Under the pieces are notes generated by a model, which worked only from the letters and a program-made list of their open reading frames with translations, made no database searches and was not told where the DNA came from. A stretch of 64,000 nt of DNA from positions 2,176,001 through 2,240,000 of the forward strand of contig OY970399.1 of NCBI GenBank assembly GCA_963720545.1, given 5' to 3'. Origin of the DNA: an uncultured Acidobacteriota bacterium. Its GTDB lineage: Bacteria > Acidobacteriota > Vicinamibacteria > Fen-336. The number at the start of each line of letters is the position of its first letter. Position 1 is the stretch's first letter. Below, piece after piece: positions 40,026 to 49,200 of the stretch. A program made the translations under genes and the position numbers.

Positions 40026-40379
40026 ATGGACCAGAAGAAAGTGAAGCACTTCCGCGAGAAGCTGAGCCAGAAGAAGCAGGAGATCATCGAGGCCTACCAG
40101 AAGAACAAGGCCTACGGAAAAGAAGCCGACGAGGAAGGTGCCCAGGACATCGCCGACAAGGCCTCGAACGCGTCCACCAAGGAATTCCTGTTCAGCCTCT
40201 CCAATTCCGAACGCAGCCTGCTGAAGCTCGTGGACGAGGCGCTCATCCGCCTCGACGGCGACCGCTACGGCGTCTGCGCCGTGTGCGAAGACGAAGTCGA
40301 GAAAAAGCGCCTCGAAGCGGTGCCGTGGGCCAAACACTGCATCTCCTGCCAGGAGAAGCAGGAGCAGGGCCTGCTCTAG
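40026..40379 (+). CDS. dksA: DksA/TraR family transcription factor
   Basis: DIADKA (DxxDxA) coiled-coil tip; YGVCAVC..RLEAVPWAKHCISC zinc finger. Confidence 0.88.
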   Translation: MDQKKVKHFREKLSQKKQEIIEAYQKNKAYGKEADEEGAQDIADKASNASTKEFLFSLSNSERSLLKLVDEALIRLDGDRYGVCAVCEDEVEKKRLEAVPWAKHCISCQEKQEQGLL

Positions 40380-40384
40380 GCGCG

Positions 40385-41161
40385 ATGCCGATGACGCTGG
40401 CTGCGGCGCTCTTCGGCCCATCGCCCAGGCTGTTGCGCGGCCTGCGCCGCCTGGTCGTCGATCCGCTGCTCGCCGCCACATTTCCCACCGACTGCGCCGC
40501 GTGCCGGCAGCCGCTCGACGCTCCGAGCCGCGGGGTCCTGTGCGCTTCGTGCATCGGCGCCATCGAGCGGTTCGAGCCGCCCGCGTGCGCGTGCGGTGCC
40601 AGCGTCAGGGGCCAGTCGCTCGCCGCGGCCCAGCGCTGCGGCCGCTGCCGGCGTGGGCTCTCCTGGTGGCAGCAGGGTGCATCGCTCGGCCCGTTCGACG
40701 GCGTGCTGCGCCTCGCGATCCATGCGCTCAAGTACACCGGCAAGGAAGGCATCGCGCGCACTCTCGCTTGCGAGCTTGGCAAGTCCGAAGCAGCGGCAGC
40801 GGTGCTGCGCGGCGCCACCGGCCTGGTGGCGATGCCGCTGCACCGCAGCCGGCAGAAGGAGCGCGGCTTCAACCAGTCGGAACTGCTGGCGCGCGCGCTC
40901 GGCGCCATGGGCAAGCTGCCGCAAGCGCGCGTGCTGCGCCGCTGCCGCGCGACCGTGCCGCAAACCGGCCTCAGTGCCGCGGCCCGGCGCCGCAACGTCG
41001 CCGGCGCATTCGCGGCGTTGCGGCCGATCGGCGCGGCGGAACGGCTGGTGCTGGTCGACGACGTGATGACCACCGGCGCGACACTCGCGGCGGCGATCGC
41101 GGCGCTGCGCGCCGCCGGTGCTCGTGACGTCCGGGTTTTGACGCTGGCCCGCGTGGCCTAA
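40385..41161 (+). CDS. comF: ComF family protein (double zinc ribbon + phosphoribosyltransferase domain)
   Basis: CxxC pairs; RGFNQSELLA; LVDDVMTTGATL. Confidence 0.88.
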   Translation: MPMTLAAALFGPSPRLLRGLRRLVVDPLLAATFPTDCAACRQPLDAPSRGVLCASCIGAIERFEPPACACGASVRGQSLAAAQRCGRCRRGLSWWQQGASLGPFDGVLRLAIHALKYTGKEGIARTLACELGKSEAAAAVLRGATGLVAMPLHRSRQKERGFNQSELLARALGAMGKLPQARVLRRCRATVPQTGLSAAARRRNVAGAFAALRPIGAAERLVLVDDVMTTGATLAAAIAALRAAGARDVRVLTLARVA

Positions 41162-41182
41162 CGAAAGAAAGCGAGTCCGCTG

Positions 41183-41995
41183 GTGCTTACGAGCCGCCGT
41201 GTTGCCCTGCTGCTGTGCGCCGCTTTTGTCTGCGCACCGTCCGTCGCGCACGCCTGGAGCCAGAGCGTCCATCAGGAGGTCCTGGCGCGCACCATCGACA
41301 CACTGCCGTCGGGGCTGAAATCCTTCTATAAGGCGCACAAGGCGGAGTTGCCGTCGCTCGCACCCGATTCGGAGCCGGCCGAGGAAAGCGCCGACGAGCG
41401 CTTCATGATCGACATGTTCGAACCGTTCCCGTTCGACAACGTGCCGTACACCGAAGCCGGGATCAAGGCGAAGTATCCCGAACAGGCGGCGCGCGCCGGC
41501 CGCCTGCCGTGGCTGATCCAGGAGTGCTACTTGCGCCTGGTCCAGGCCTTCCGTAGCGGCGACAAGGAAAAGATCCTCGCCGAGTCGGACACCATGGCGC
41601 GGCTTGCCGCGAACCTGCGCAACCCCCTGGCGCTGTCCCAGAACTTCGACGGCGACAAGACCCGGCAGGGTGGCCTGTGGGCGCGCTTCACCGCGCGGCT
41701 GCCCGAGGCGAACGAAGGCAGGATCAAGTGGCGGCTCGACGACGCGCACCTCATCGAGGTGCCGAAGGAGCACTCGTTCGCGGTGCTGCGCTCGGTGTAC
41801 GTCTGGCTCGACAACCTGCTCTACCTCGACGAGCTCGCGAAGCGCGGCAACAACACCTACTCGGAGAGCTTCTACGAGCAGTTCGGGCTGCGCGCCGGCG
41901 AGATCCTCGGCATGATGTTGAGCGCCGCGGTCGGCGATGCCGGCAGCTACTGGTACACGGCGTGGAGCGAAGCGGGCCGCCCGGCCCTGAAGTAG
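41183..41995 (+). CDS. Exported S1/P1 nuclease or zinc-dependent phospholipase C-like protein, metal ligands apparently lost
   Basis: Signal peptide ending AHA-W, then WSQSVH; GRLPW; NPL..NFDG; YWYTAW C-terminus. Confidence 0.6.
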   Translation: MLTSRRVALLLCAAFVCAPSVAHAWSQSVHQEVLARTIDTLPSGLKSFYKAHKAELPSLAPDSEPAEESADERFMIDMFEPFPFDNVPYTEAGIKAKYPEQAARAGRLPWLIQECYLRLVQAFRSGDKEKILAESDTMARLAANLRNPLALSQNFDGDKTRQGGLWARFTARLPEANEGRIKWRLDDAHLIEVPKEHSFAVLRSVYVWLDNLLYLDELAKRGNNTYSESFYEQFGLRAGEILGMMLSAAVGDAGSYWYTAWSEAGRPALK

Positions 41996-41997
41996 TT

Positions 41998-42027
41998 TTG
42001 ACGCAGTCTCGTGCAACCACGTACGAT
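41998..42027 (+). promoter_or_regulatory. Sigma70-type promoter of the second ECF sigma gene
   Basis: TTGACG-N18-TACGAT, 12 nt before ATG 42040. Confidence 0.5.
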
Positions 42028-42039
42028 CGTTCGGTGACG

Positions 42040-42663
42040 ATGTCCCGCGCCGCCACGCTTCCCCGGACGGCGCCGGCGCCGACCGCGGACGACATCGCGC
42101 TCATCGAGGGCTGCCTGCGCCAGGAGCCCGCCGCCTGGGAGAAGATCGTCGCGCGCCACAAGCGCCGCGTCTTCAACATCGCCTTCAAGTTCACCGCGCG
42201 CCACGACCAGGCCGAGGACCTGACCCAGGAAATCTTCCTCAAGGTGTTCCGCGCCCTCGACCGCTTCAACCGCGAGGCCGATTTCGGCACCTGGCTGTCG
42301 TCGGTGGCGCGCAACTACTGCATCGACCACTACCGCTCGCGGCGCCGCGAACGCGAGGTGCTGAGCCCCGACACCACCGCCATCGACCTGGCCGCCGACC
42401 CGAGCGTCAACCCGCAGCGCGGCCTCGAGGACGACGACCGCCGCTCGCTGCTGCGCGAGGGCCTCGAGAAGCTGGCGCCCAAGCTGCGCGAGGCGGTGGT
42501 GCTGCGCGACCTGCAGGAGATGAGCTACCAGGAAATGGCGCGGCGCCTGCGCCTTCCCGAAGGCACCGTTAAGAGCCGCATCAACCGCGGCCGCGAAGAG
42601 CTGGGCCGGCTGCTGCGCCGTACGCGGCAGCCGCGGCGCCGGCGCGGCAGCGCAGCGAGGTGA
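42040..42663 (+). CDS. ECF sigma-70 factor
   Basis: AEDLTQEIFLKV..FGTWLSSVARNYCIDHYR; SYQEMA..PEGTVKSRINRGR. Confidence 0.92.
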   Translation: MSRAATLPRTAPAPTADDIALIEGCLRQEPAAWEKIVARHKRRVFNIAFKFTARHDQAEDLTQEIFLKVFRALDRFNREADFGTWLSSVARNYCIDHYRSRRREREVLSPDTTAIDLAADPSVNPQRGLEDDDRRSLLREGLEKLAPKLREAVVLRDLQEMSYQEMARRLRLPEGTVKSRINRGREELGRLLRRTRQPRRRRGSAAR

Positions 42664-42667
42664 AGAC

Positions 42668-43009
42668 ATGCGCATGAGTGTTGATGAAAAAGACGGCGTG
42701 ACGATCGTCCGGATCGGCGAGTCGAAGCTCACCTATCCGATCCTGTCGTCCTTCTTCAGCGAGATCCAGGGGCTGGTCGCGAAGGGCACGCGCAAGCTGC
42801 TCATCGACTTCGCGGCGGTCAGCTACATCGACAGCGCCTCGATCGGCTGCGTGATGGACATCCATCGCCTGCTGGGCGAGCAGGGCGGCGCGCTCAAGCT
42901 GGTGTCGCCGCAGCCGCGGGTGGAGACGCTGCTGTCGATGACCGGCGTGCACAAGATCGTCGACATCCACCGCGACGAGGCCGAGGCGCTCGCGGGCCTG
43001 CGCCAATGA
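42668..43009 (+). CDS. STAS-domain anti-sigma factor antagonist
   Basis: LLIDFAAVSYIDSASIG (conserved phosphoacceptor Ser). Confidence 0.88.
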   Translation: MRMSVDEKDGVTIVRIGESKLTYPILSSFFSEIQGLVAKGTRKLLIDFAAVSYIDSASIGCVMDIHRLLGEQGGALKLVSPQPRVETLLSMTGVHKIVDIHRDEAEALAGLRQ

Positions 43010-43323
43010 CCCGCGCCCGCCTGAAGACCGGCGCCCGGCTCGAGCTCGACGGCGACTTGCTGTCGCTGGTCGAGGCGCTGTACCGCGAAGTGGCGCTGCG
43101 TGCCGAGCTCAAGGGCTCGTTCGAGGACGTCATGGCCGAGATCCGCGGCGTCGTCGAACAGATGAGCGGCGACGACCGCCGCAACTACCTGGTCGAGAGC
43201 CTGTTCCTCAACTACGTCACCTACGAGAACGAGATGCTCGACGCTTACATGCGCAAGCTGCAGGGCGGCGCGCGCCCGGCGCGCAAGAAGTCCACCGCGC
43301 GGGTGCCGGCACGCCGGTCATGA
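43006..43323 (+). CDS. Hypothetical small helical protein
   Basis: ATGA overlaps on both sides; host-like codon usage. Confidence 0.7.
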   Translation: MTRARLKTGARLELDGDLLSLVEALYREVALRAELKGSFEDVMAEIRGVVEQMSGDDRRNYLVESLFLNYVTYENEMLDAYMRKLQGGARPARKKSTARVPARRS

Positions 43324-43730
43324 AGTCCCTGCTGGCATTAGCGGCACTGCTCGCGCTTTTCGCTGCCGTTGCGCATGCGCAGCCGCAGGACCAGGGTGCC
43401 GCGCCGCGCCTGGTGGTCGAGCCTGAGAGTTTCGACTTCGGCAAGGTGCGCCCGTCGCAGCGTGTCGCCAAGGAGTTCCGCCTGCGCAACGGCGGCTCGG
43501 TGCCGCTGCGGATCGCGTCGGTGACCTCGACCTGCCAATGCACCGTGGCACCGCTCGACGAGCGGCACCGCGACCTCGCTCCCGGCGAGTCGACGCCGCT
43601 GCGCGTCACCATGACGACGGCTGCCGAACCCGGGCCGATGGCGCAGACGGTCGACATCATGCTGGCGGGCGAGAAGGAGCCGGGCGCGCAGATCGCCCTG
43701 CGGGCGACTGTGGTCGGGCGGCGGCGCTAG
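43320..43730 (+). CDS. Exported Ig-like DUF1573-type protein
   Basis: Signal peptide; FDFGKV..FRLRNGGSVPLRI..STCQCT..LAPGES. Confidence 0.8.
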   Translation: MKSLLALAALLALFAAVAHAQPQDQGAAPRLVVEPESFDFGKVRPSQRVAKEFRLRNGGSVPLRIASVTSTCQCTVAPLDERHRDLAPGESTPLRVTMTTAAEPGPMAQTVDIMLAGEKEPGAQIALRATVVGRRR

Positions 43731-43732
43731 CG

Positions 43733-44650
43733 TCAGGCGCGCTGCAGCGACGGGTCGAGGGACGGCAGCGGTGCGATGCCTGGCAGCTCGAAGGCGCGCG
43801 GCGATTCCGACTCGGTGAGCGTCCACGCCGACGAGGTGGCAAGCAGCTTGCGCGCCAGTGCCGCGTGCATCGCATGGCCGGCGCGGTCGGCCTCGAGGCG
43901 CCCGATGAGCGGGAAGCCGAGGAGCGCCAGGTCGCCGATCGCGTCGAGGATCTTGTGGCGCACGAACTCGTCCTCGAAGCGCAGGCGGTTGTTGAGCACG
44001 CCGGTCTCGCCGATGACGATGGCGTTCTCGAGGCTGCCGCCGAGCGCCAGGCCGCTCTTGCGCAGCGCCTCCACTTCGCGCATGAAGCCGAAGGTGCGCG
44101 CGGGTGCGATCAGGTCGACGTACGCCTGCGGCGTCACCGCGATGTCGAGCATCTGGTGGCGCAGCAGCGGGTGGTCGAAGCCGATCGTGTAGCGGATCTC
44201 GAGGCGCTCCGCGGGTACGAGCCGTGCGCTCTTGGCGCCGTGCACCACCTCGACGCTCTCCAGGACCTTGAGGAAGGTGCGCGGCACGTTGTGCACCTTG
44301 ACTGCGGCCTCATGGAGCAGGATGACGAACGGCGACGCGCTGCCGTCGAGCACCGGCACTTCGGGGCCATCGACTTCGATGAGCACGTCGTCGATGCCGA
44401 GCCCTGCCAGCGCGGAGAGCAGGTGCTCGACCGTGCCGATCGAGATGCCGTCGCGGCTCAGGGTCGTGGCATGATCGACGCGCGCGAGGTTGTCGTAACT
44501 CGCCGGTATTTCGACGTCCACATCGGTGCGATGGAAGCGGATGCCGAAACCCGCGGGTGCCGGCTTGATGTCGAGGCGCACTGTGCGCCCCGAATGGAGG
44601 CCGATGCCTGTGCAACCTACTGACCGGCGGAGAGTTCGGCGATGCTGCAC
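43733..44650 (-). CDS. lpxC: UDP-3-O-acyl-N-acetylglucosamine deacetylase
   Basis: GIGLHSG, TVEHLLSAL, PVLDGSA, ARTFGF, HKILDAIGDL and AGH. Confidence 0.96.
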   Translation of the reverse strand: MQHRRTLRRSVGCTGIGLHSGRTVRLDIKPAPAGFGIRFHRTDVDVEIPASYDNLARVDHATTLSRDGISIGTVEHLLSALAGLGIDDVLIEVDGPEVPVLDGSASPFVILLHEAAVKVHNVPRTFLKVLESVEVVHGAKSARLVPAERLEIRYTIGFDHPLLRHQMLDIAVTPQAYVDLIAPARTFGFMREVEALRKSGLALGGSLENAIVIGETGVLNNRLRFEDEFVRHKILDAIGDLALLGFPLIGRLEADRAGHAMHAALARKLLATSSAWTLTESESPRAFELPGIAPLPSLDPSLQRA

Positions 44651-44661
44651 GCCGCCCAGAG

Positions 44662-44677
44662 TGCAAGAAGCGAGCCA
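44662..44677 (-). promoter_or_regulatory. Sigma54 (-24/-12) promoter of lpxC
   Basis: Minus strand TGGCTCG-CTTC-TTGCA matches TGGCACG-N4-TTGCW. Confidence 0.72.
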
Positions 44678-44690
44678 GGCAACGGGACCG

Positions 44691-44703
44691 TAACGCTTTG
44701 ATT
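44691..44703 (-). promoter_or_regulatory. IHF binding site
   Basis: Minus strand AATCAAAGCGTTA matches WATCAA-N4-TTR exactly. Confidence 0.6.
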
Positions 44704-44787
44704 CTATTGAGGATCGTCCCTTGGCCCAACCGGATTGTGGTTATTCATGCACACTTGACTGTGGCCAGATAGCCACGTTGCTCACGG

Positions 44788-46002
44788 TCAGTAGTCGGCG
44801 TTTGCCCCTGCAAAGACGCGGGCGGCGCCAGTCGCGAGAATGTCCACGATGGCATCGACGGCGGCGTCCAGCTCGGCGTCGGTCGTATAGAAATGCGGCG
44901 ACAACCGGATGCCGGCCCCGGGCCGGAAATCGACGAGGATCTCGCGCCGCAGGAGTTCGCGCGTGACGGCGGCGCCGTCGGGCACGTCGAGGATCACCAT
45001 GCCGCTGCGCTCTTCGTCCGCCTGCGGCGAGCGCACCAGAAGCCCGTGCTGCGCCGCACGCTCCATGAGGCGCCGCGTCTGGCGGCGCGACTTGCGCCTG
45101 ATCGCGGCGACGCCGATTGCTTCAACCGCCGCGTAGCCGGCGCGCGCCGCGTACAGGGCGGGCACCGACGGCGTGCCGTGCTGAAAGCGGGCGATGCCCT
45201 CGGCATAGTCGACGGCGCCCGGCTCGAAGGCGAAGGGCCGCGCGTGCGCCGCCCAGCCGGTCATCTGCGGGCGCAGCTGCGCGTGCAGCCGCGGCGCGAC
45301 ATACAGATAGCCGGCCCCGGGGCCGCCGCACAGCCACTTCACCGAGCCGCCGGTCGCAAAGTCGACATCCCACGCGGTGACGTCGACCGGCACCGAGCCC
45401 GCCGACTGGTAGATGTCGGCCACCACCAGCGCGCCGACCGCGTGCGCGCGCGCCACGATCGCCTGCATGTCCTGGATGAAGCCGCTGCGGAAGATCACGT
45501 GCGACACCGGCACCAGCAGCGTCTCCTCGTCGATCGCCGCGAGCAGCGCTTCGAGCGGCACCTTGATGCCGTCGGGCGACGGCACCACCGCGAGCCGCGC
45601 GCCGCTGCGGCGCAGCGCTTCGTAGACGTACATCACGGACGGGAAGTTGAGTGCGTCGTAGACGATCTTGTTGCGCCGCCCCTGCCACTCGAAACAGGAT
45701 GCGATGAGCGACTGCACCATCGAGACGTTCTGGTGCATGACGACCGAGCCGCGCGGCGCGCCGATGATGCGCCCGAGCGTGTCGCCGAGCGTTTGCGGCA
45801 GCTGCCACCAGCCCTCCGCCCAGGCGCGCACGCCCAGCCGCTCCCACGCGTCGAGGTATTCGCCCATCGCGGCGCGCGCGCTGCGCGGCATGGCGCCAAG
45901 CGAATGACTGACGAGGTAGTTCGTGTGCCCCAGGATCGCGAACTGCGCGCGCAGCGCCGCGAGCGAAGCACCATCTTCGAGATCGACTCCGGCCCTCGTC
46001 AC
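44788..46002 (-). CDS. PLP-dependent class V aminotransferase / kynureninase-like enzyme
   Basis: SHSLGAMP, NFPS, DIYQSAG and GGSVKWLCGGPG (PLP lysine). Confidence 0.85.
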   Translation of the reverse strand: MTRAGVDLEDGASLAALRAQFAILGHTNYLVSHSLGAMPRSARAAMGEYLDAWERLGVRAWAEGWWQLPQTLGDTLGRIIGAPRGSVVMHQNVSMVQSLIASCFEWQGRRNKIVYDALNFPSVMYVYEALRRSGARLAVVPSPDGIKVPLEALLAAIDEETLLVPVSHVIFRSGFIQDMQAIVARAHAVGALVVADIYQSAGSVPVDVTAWDVDFATGGSVKWLCGGPGAGYLYVAPRLHAQLRPQMTGWAAHARPFAFEPGAVDYAEGIARFQHGTPSVPALYAARAGYAAVEAIGVAAIRRKSRRQTRRLMERAAQHGLLVRSPQADEERSGMVILDVPDGAAVTRELLRREILVDFRPGAGIRLSPHFYTTDAELDAAVDAIVDILATGAARVFAGANADY

Positions 46003-46120
46003 GTCGGCTAAACCCCTTTCGGCGCTTGATCTTAACGGACGGAAAGGCGCCTTTGGCGCTTCGCGGCGCAGCACCGTACAATAAAGGGCTTTCTTCACAA
46101 GCGGAGCGACATCAAAGCCC

Positions 46121-46636
46121 ATGAGCGTCAAGACCAAGGCAGCGGCTCGTCAAACCACACCCGGAATCGAAGCGTTCGAGAAGGCCGTGAAAGCCTTCGG
46201 CAAGAAGGAGTTCGACAAGGCCTCGGGCCTGTTCGACGACATCCTCAAGTCGCACTCGCAGGAGCGCGACCTCGTCGACCGGGCGCGCGCGTACAAGTCG
46301 ATCTGCGAGCGTGCGGAGAAGAAGGCGGCGCCCAAGCCGAAGTCCTTCGACGAATGGCTGAACCAGGGCGTCTACCTGCACAACCGCGGCGAGTATCAGG
46401 AGGCGCTCGGCTCGTTCACCCAGGCCTCGGAGCTGCTCCCCAAGAACGACAGCGCGCTCTATTGCCTCGCGGCCGCGCAGGCGCGTCTCGGCAAGGACGA
46501 CGACGCCGTGAAGTCTTTGGCCTCGGCGGTGCGCATCGACGCGGCCAACCGCGCGCAGGCCCGCCACGACCCCGACTTCGACCACCTCCGGGACAGCGAC
46601 GCGTTCCTCGACGCGATCATGCCCGGCGAGGACTGA
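46121..46636 (+). CDS. TPR protein
   Basis: [47 protein letters not shown] at 46077-46082. Confidence 0.8.
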   Translation: MSVKTKAAARQTTPGIEAFEKAVKAFGKKEFDKASGLFDDILKSHSQERDLVDRARAYKSICERAEKKAAPKPKSFDEWLNQGVYLHNRGEYQEALGSFTQASELLPKNDSALYCLAAAQARLGKDDDAVKSLASAVRIDAANRAQARHDPDFDHLRDSDAFLDAIMPGED

Positions 46637-46647
46637 GGCCCGGACCG

Positions 46648-47337
46648 ATGGGCGTTCCGGCACCGCTCCTCGAAAGGCTGGCGGCAGCGGGTGTCGTGAT
46701 CGAGGACCCGGACACCGTCATCGTCGGGCCGGACGTGCGCGTCGCGGCGGGCGCGACGCTGCGCGCCTTCACCATCCTCGAGGGCCGCAGCGTGGTCGCG
46801 AAGGACGCTGTCGTCGGCCCGTTCGTGCGGCTCGTCGACGCCGTGATCGGCGAAGGCGCGCGGGTGCTCGATCACTGCCTGCTGCTCGAATGCAGCGTCG
46901 GCAAGCGCGCCGCGATCGGTCCGTTCGCCCACATCCGCCCCGGCACGACGATCGGCGACGACGCCAAGGTGGGCAATTTCGTGGAGCTCAAGAAAACGGT
47001 GCTCGGCAATGGCTCGAAGGCGCCGCACCTCAGCTACCTGGGCGACGCGGTGATCGGCGAGAAGGTGAACATCGGCGCCGGCACCATCACCTGCAACTAC
47101 GACGGCTTCGTCAAGAGTGAAACCCGCATCGACGACTCGGCCTTCGTCGGCAGCAACTCGACGCTGGTGGCGCCGGTCACGATCGGCGCGCGCGCCTATG
47201 TCGCCGCCGGCAGCGCCATCACCGAAGACGTGCCCGCCGACGCATTGGCGCTCGGCCGCGCGCGCCAGGCGGTGAAGCCCGGGCGCGCGAGCGAACTGCG
47301 CGCCCGCGGCGCGCAGAAAAAAGCCGCGAAACACTAG
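46648..47337 (+). CDS. glmU: GlmU C-terminal glucosamine-1-phosphate acetyltransferase domain only
   Basis: [28 protein letters not shown] and [11 protein letters not shown]; only 229 aa with no uridyltransferase domain. Confidence 0.85.
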   Translation: MGVPAPLLERLAAAGVVIEDPDTVIVGPDVRVAAGATLRAFTILEGRSVVAKDAVVGPFVRLVDAVIGEGARVLDHCLLLECSVGKRAAIGPFAHIRPGTTIGDDAKVGNFVELKKTVLGNGSKAPHLSYLGDAVIGEKVNIGAGTITCNYDGFVKSETRIDDSAFVGSNSTLVAPVTIGARAYVAAGSAITEDVPADALALGRARQAVKPGRASELRARGAQKKAAKH

Positions 47338-47355
47338 CGAAGGGCAGCGCTCACC

Positions 47356-49200
47356 ATGTGCGGAATCGTCGGCTACGTCGGATCGCGTGACGCCGTGCCG
47401 GTCATCGTCGAGGGCCTGCGGCGCCTCGAGTATCGCGGCTACGACTCCGCGGGCGTCGCGGTCGTCGACAACGGCGTTCTTTCGCGCCGCCGCTCGGCCG
47501 GCAAGCTCAAGAACCTCGAGGACGTGCTCGCGGCGGACCCGATCCGCGGCGCCTGGGGCCTCGGGCACACACGCTGGGCCACCCACGGCCGCCCCAGCGA
47601 GGAGAACGCGCACCCGCACCAGGACTGCCACGGCAACATCGTGGTGGTGCACAACGGCATCATCGAGAACTACCTGCCCCTGAAACAGCGGCTCGAGAGG
47701 GAAGGCCACCGCTTCGTCACGCAGACCGACACCGAAATCGTCGCGCACCTGGTCGAGTCGCTCTACAAGGGCTCGCTCGAAGACGCCGTGCGCGAGGCGA
47801 TTGGCGCGATGCAGGGCCTGTACGCGCTGGTGATCCTGCACAAGGACGAGCCGCAGAAGATCGTCGGCGTGCGCATGGGGCCGCCGCTCGTGGTCGGCAT
47901 CGGCGGTGACGCCGAGCACTTCCTCGCCTCCGACATACCGGCGCTTTTGCAGTACACCCGCGACTTCGTCTTCCTCGAGGACGGCGACGTCGTCACCATC
48001 CGGCCGGGCAGCGCCGAGGTGCAGACGGCAACCGGCGAGCCGACCGAACGCAAGCCGCAGCGCATCCTCTGGGATCCGGTGCAGGCCGAACGCGGCGGCT
48101 ACCGCCACTTCATGCTGAAGGAGATCCACGAGCAGCCGCGCGCGATGCGCGACACCCTCCTCGGCCGCATGGACCTCGAGGGCGGCGACGTCCACATCGA
48201 GGAGCTGGGTGCCGCGGAAGACGGCCTGCGCGCCGCGCAGCGCGTCACCTTCCTCGCCTGCGGCACCAGCTGGCACGCGGCACTCATCGGCAAGTTCCTG
48301 TTCGAGCAGGTGGCCGGCATTCCGTGCGAGGTGGACTACGGCAGCGAGTTCCGCTACCGCGAGCCGATCGTCTCGAAGACGACGCTCGCCGTCGCCATCA
48401 GCCAGAGCGGCGAAACCGCCGACACCCTCGCCGCCTTTCGCGAAGCGAAGAAGCGCGGCGCGCTCGGCATCGGCATCTGCAACGTGCAGGGGTCGATGCT
48501 GACGCGCGAGGCCGCCGGCACGCTGCTGACGCACGCCGGCCCGGAGATCGGGGTGGCCTCGACCAAGGCGTTCACCGCGCAGCTGGTGGCGCTGGCACTC
48601 CTGGCGCTGCGCCTCGGCCGGCTGCGCGGCACGCTGTCGCGGGAGCGCTGCCGTGAGCTGATGGAGGGGCTGGCGCGCATCCCGCACCAGATGGAGCAGA
48701 CGCTTGCGCTCGACCCGGCGATCGAGGCGATGTCGCGGAACTATTCGCAGGCGCGCGACTTCCTCTACCTGGGACGCGGCATCAACTACCCGATCGCGCT
48801 CGAGGGCGCCCTCAAGCTGAAGGAGATCTCGTACGTGCACGCCGAGGGGTACCCGGCCGGCGAGATGAAGCACGGGCCGATAGCGCTCATCGACGAGAAC
48901 CTGCCGGTGGTCGCGATCTGCCCGCCGGGCCGGGTGTACGACAAGATGCTGTCGAACGTCCAGGAAGTGAAGGCGCGCAGCGGCCGGATCGTGGCGCTGG
49001 TGGGCGAGGGCGACACCCACATCGGCGAGAGCATCGACCCCGCCACCGACGCGGTCCTCGAGGTGCCGCGCAGCGACGAGCTGTGGTCGCCGCTCCTCTA
49101 CGTGCTGCCGCTGCAGCTGCTGTCGTACCACATCGCGGTGCGCGCCGGCCGCGACGTCGACCAGCCGCGCAACCTGGCCAAGTCCGTCACGGTCGAGTGA
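47356..49200 (+). CDS. glmS: Glutamine--fructose-6-phosphate aminotransferase
   Basis: MCGIVG, LEYRGYDSAG, GHTRWATHG, SQSGETAD and PRNLAKSVTVE. Confidence 0.98.
   Translation: MCGIVGYVGSRDAVPVIVEGLRRLEYRGYDSAGVAVVDNGVLSRRRSAGKLKNLEDVLAADPIRGAWGLGHTRWATHGRPSEENAHPHQDCHGNIVVVHNGIIENYLPLKQRLEREGHRFVTQTDTEIVAHLVESLYKGSLEDAVREAIGAMQGLYALVILHKDEPQKIVGVRMGPPLVVGIGGDAEHFLASDIPALLQYTRDFVFLEDGDVVTIRPGSAEVQTATGEPTERKPQRILWDPVQAERGGYRHFMLKEIHEQPRAMRDTLLGRMDLEGGDVHIEELGAAEDGLRAAQRVTFLACGTSWHAALIGKFLFEQVAGIPCEVDYGSEFRYREPIVSKTTLAVAISQSGETADTLAAFREAKKRGALGIGICNVQGSMLTREAAGTLLTHAGPEIGVASTKAFTAQLVALALLALRLGRLRGTLSRERCRELMEGLARIPHQMEQTLALDPAIEAMSRNYSQARDFLYLGRGINYPIALEGALKLKEISYVHAEGYPAGEMKHGPIALIDENLPVVAICPPGRVYDKMLSNVQEVKARSGRIVALVGEGDTHIGESIDPATDAVLEVPRSDELWSPLLYVLPLQLLSYHIAVRAGRDVDQPRNLAKSVTVE

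Noticed and set aside
47338..47355. glmS ribozyme
   Set aside because: The gap is only 18 nt, too short.
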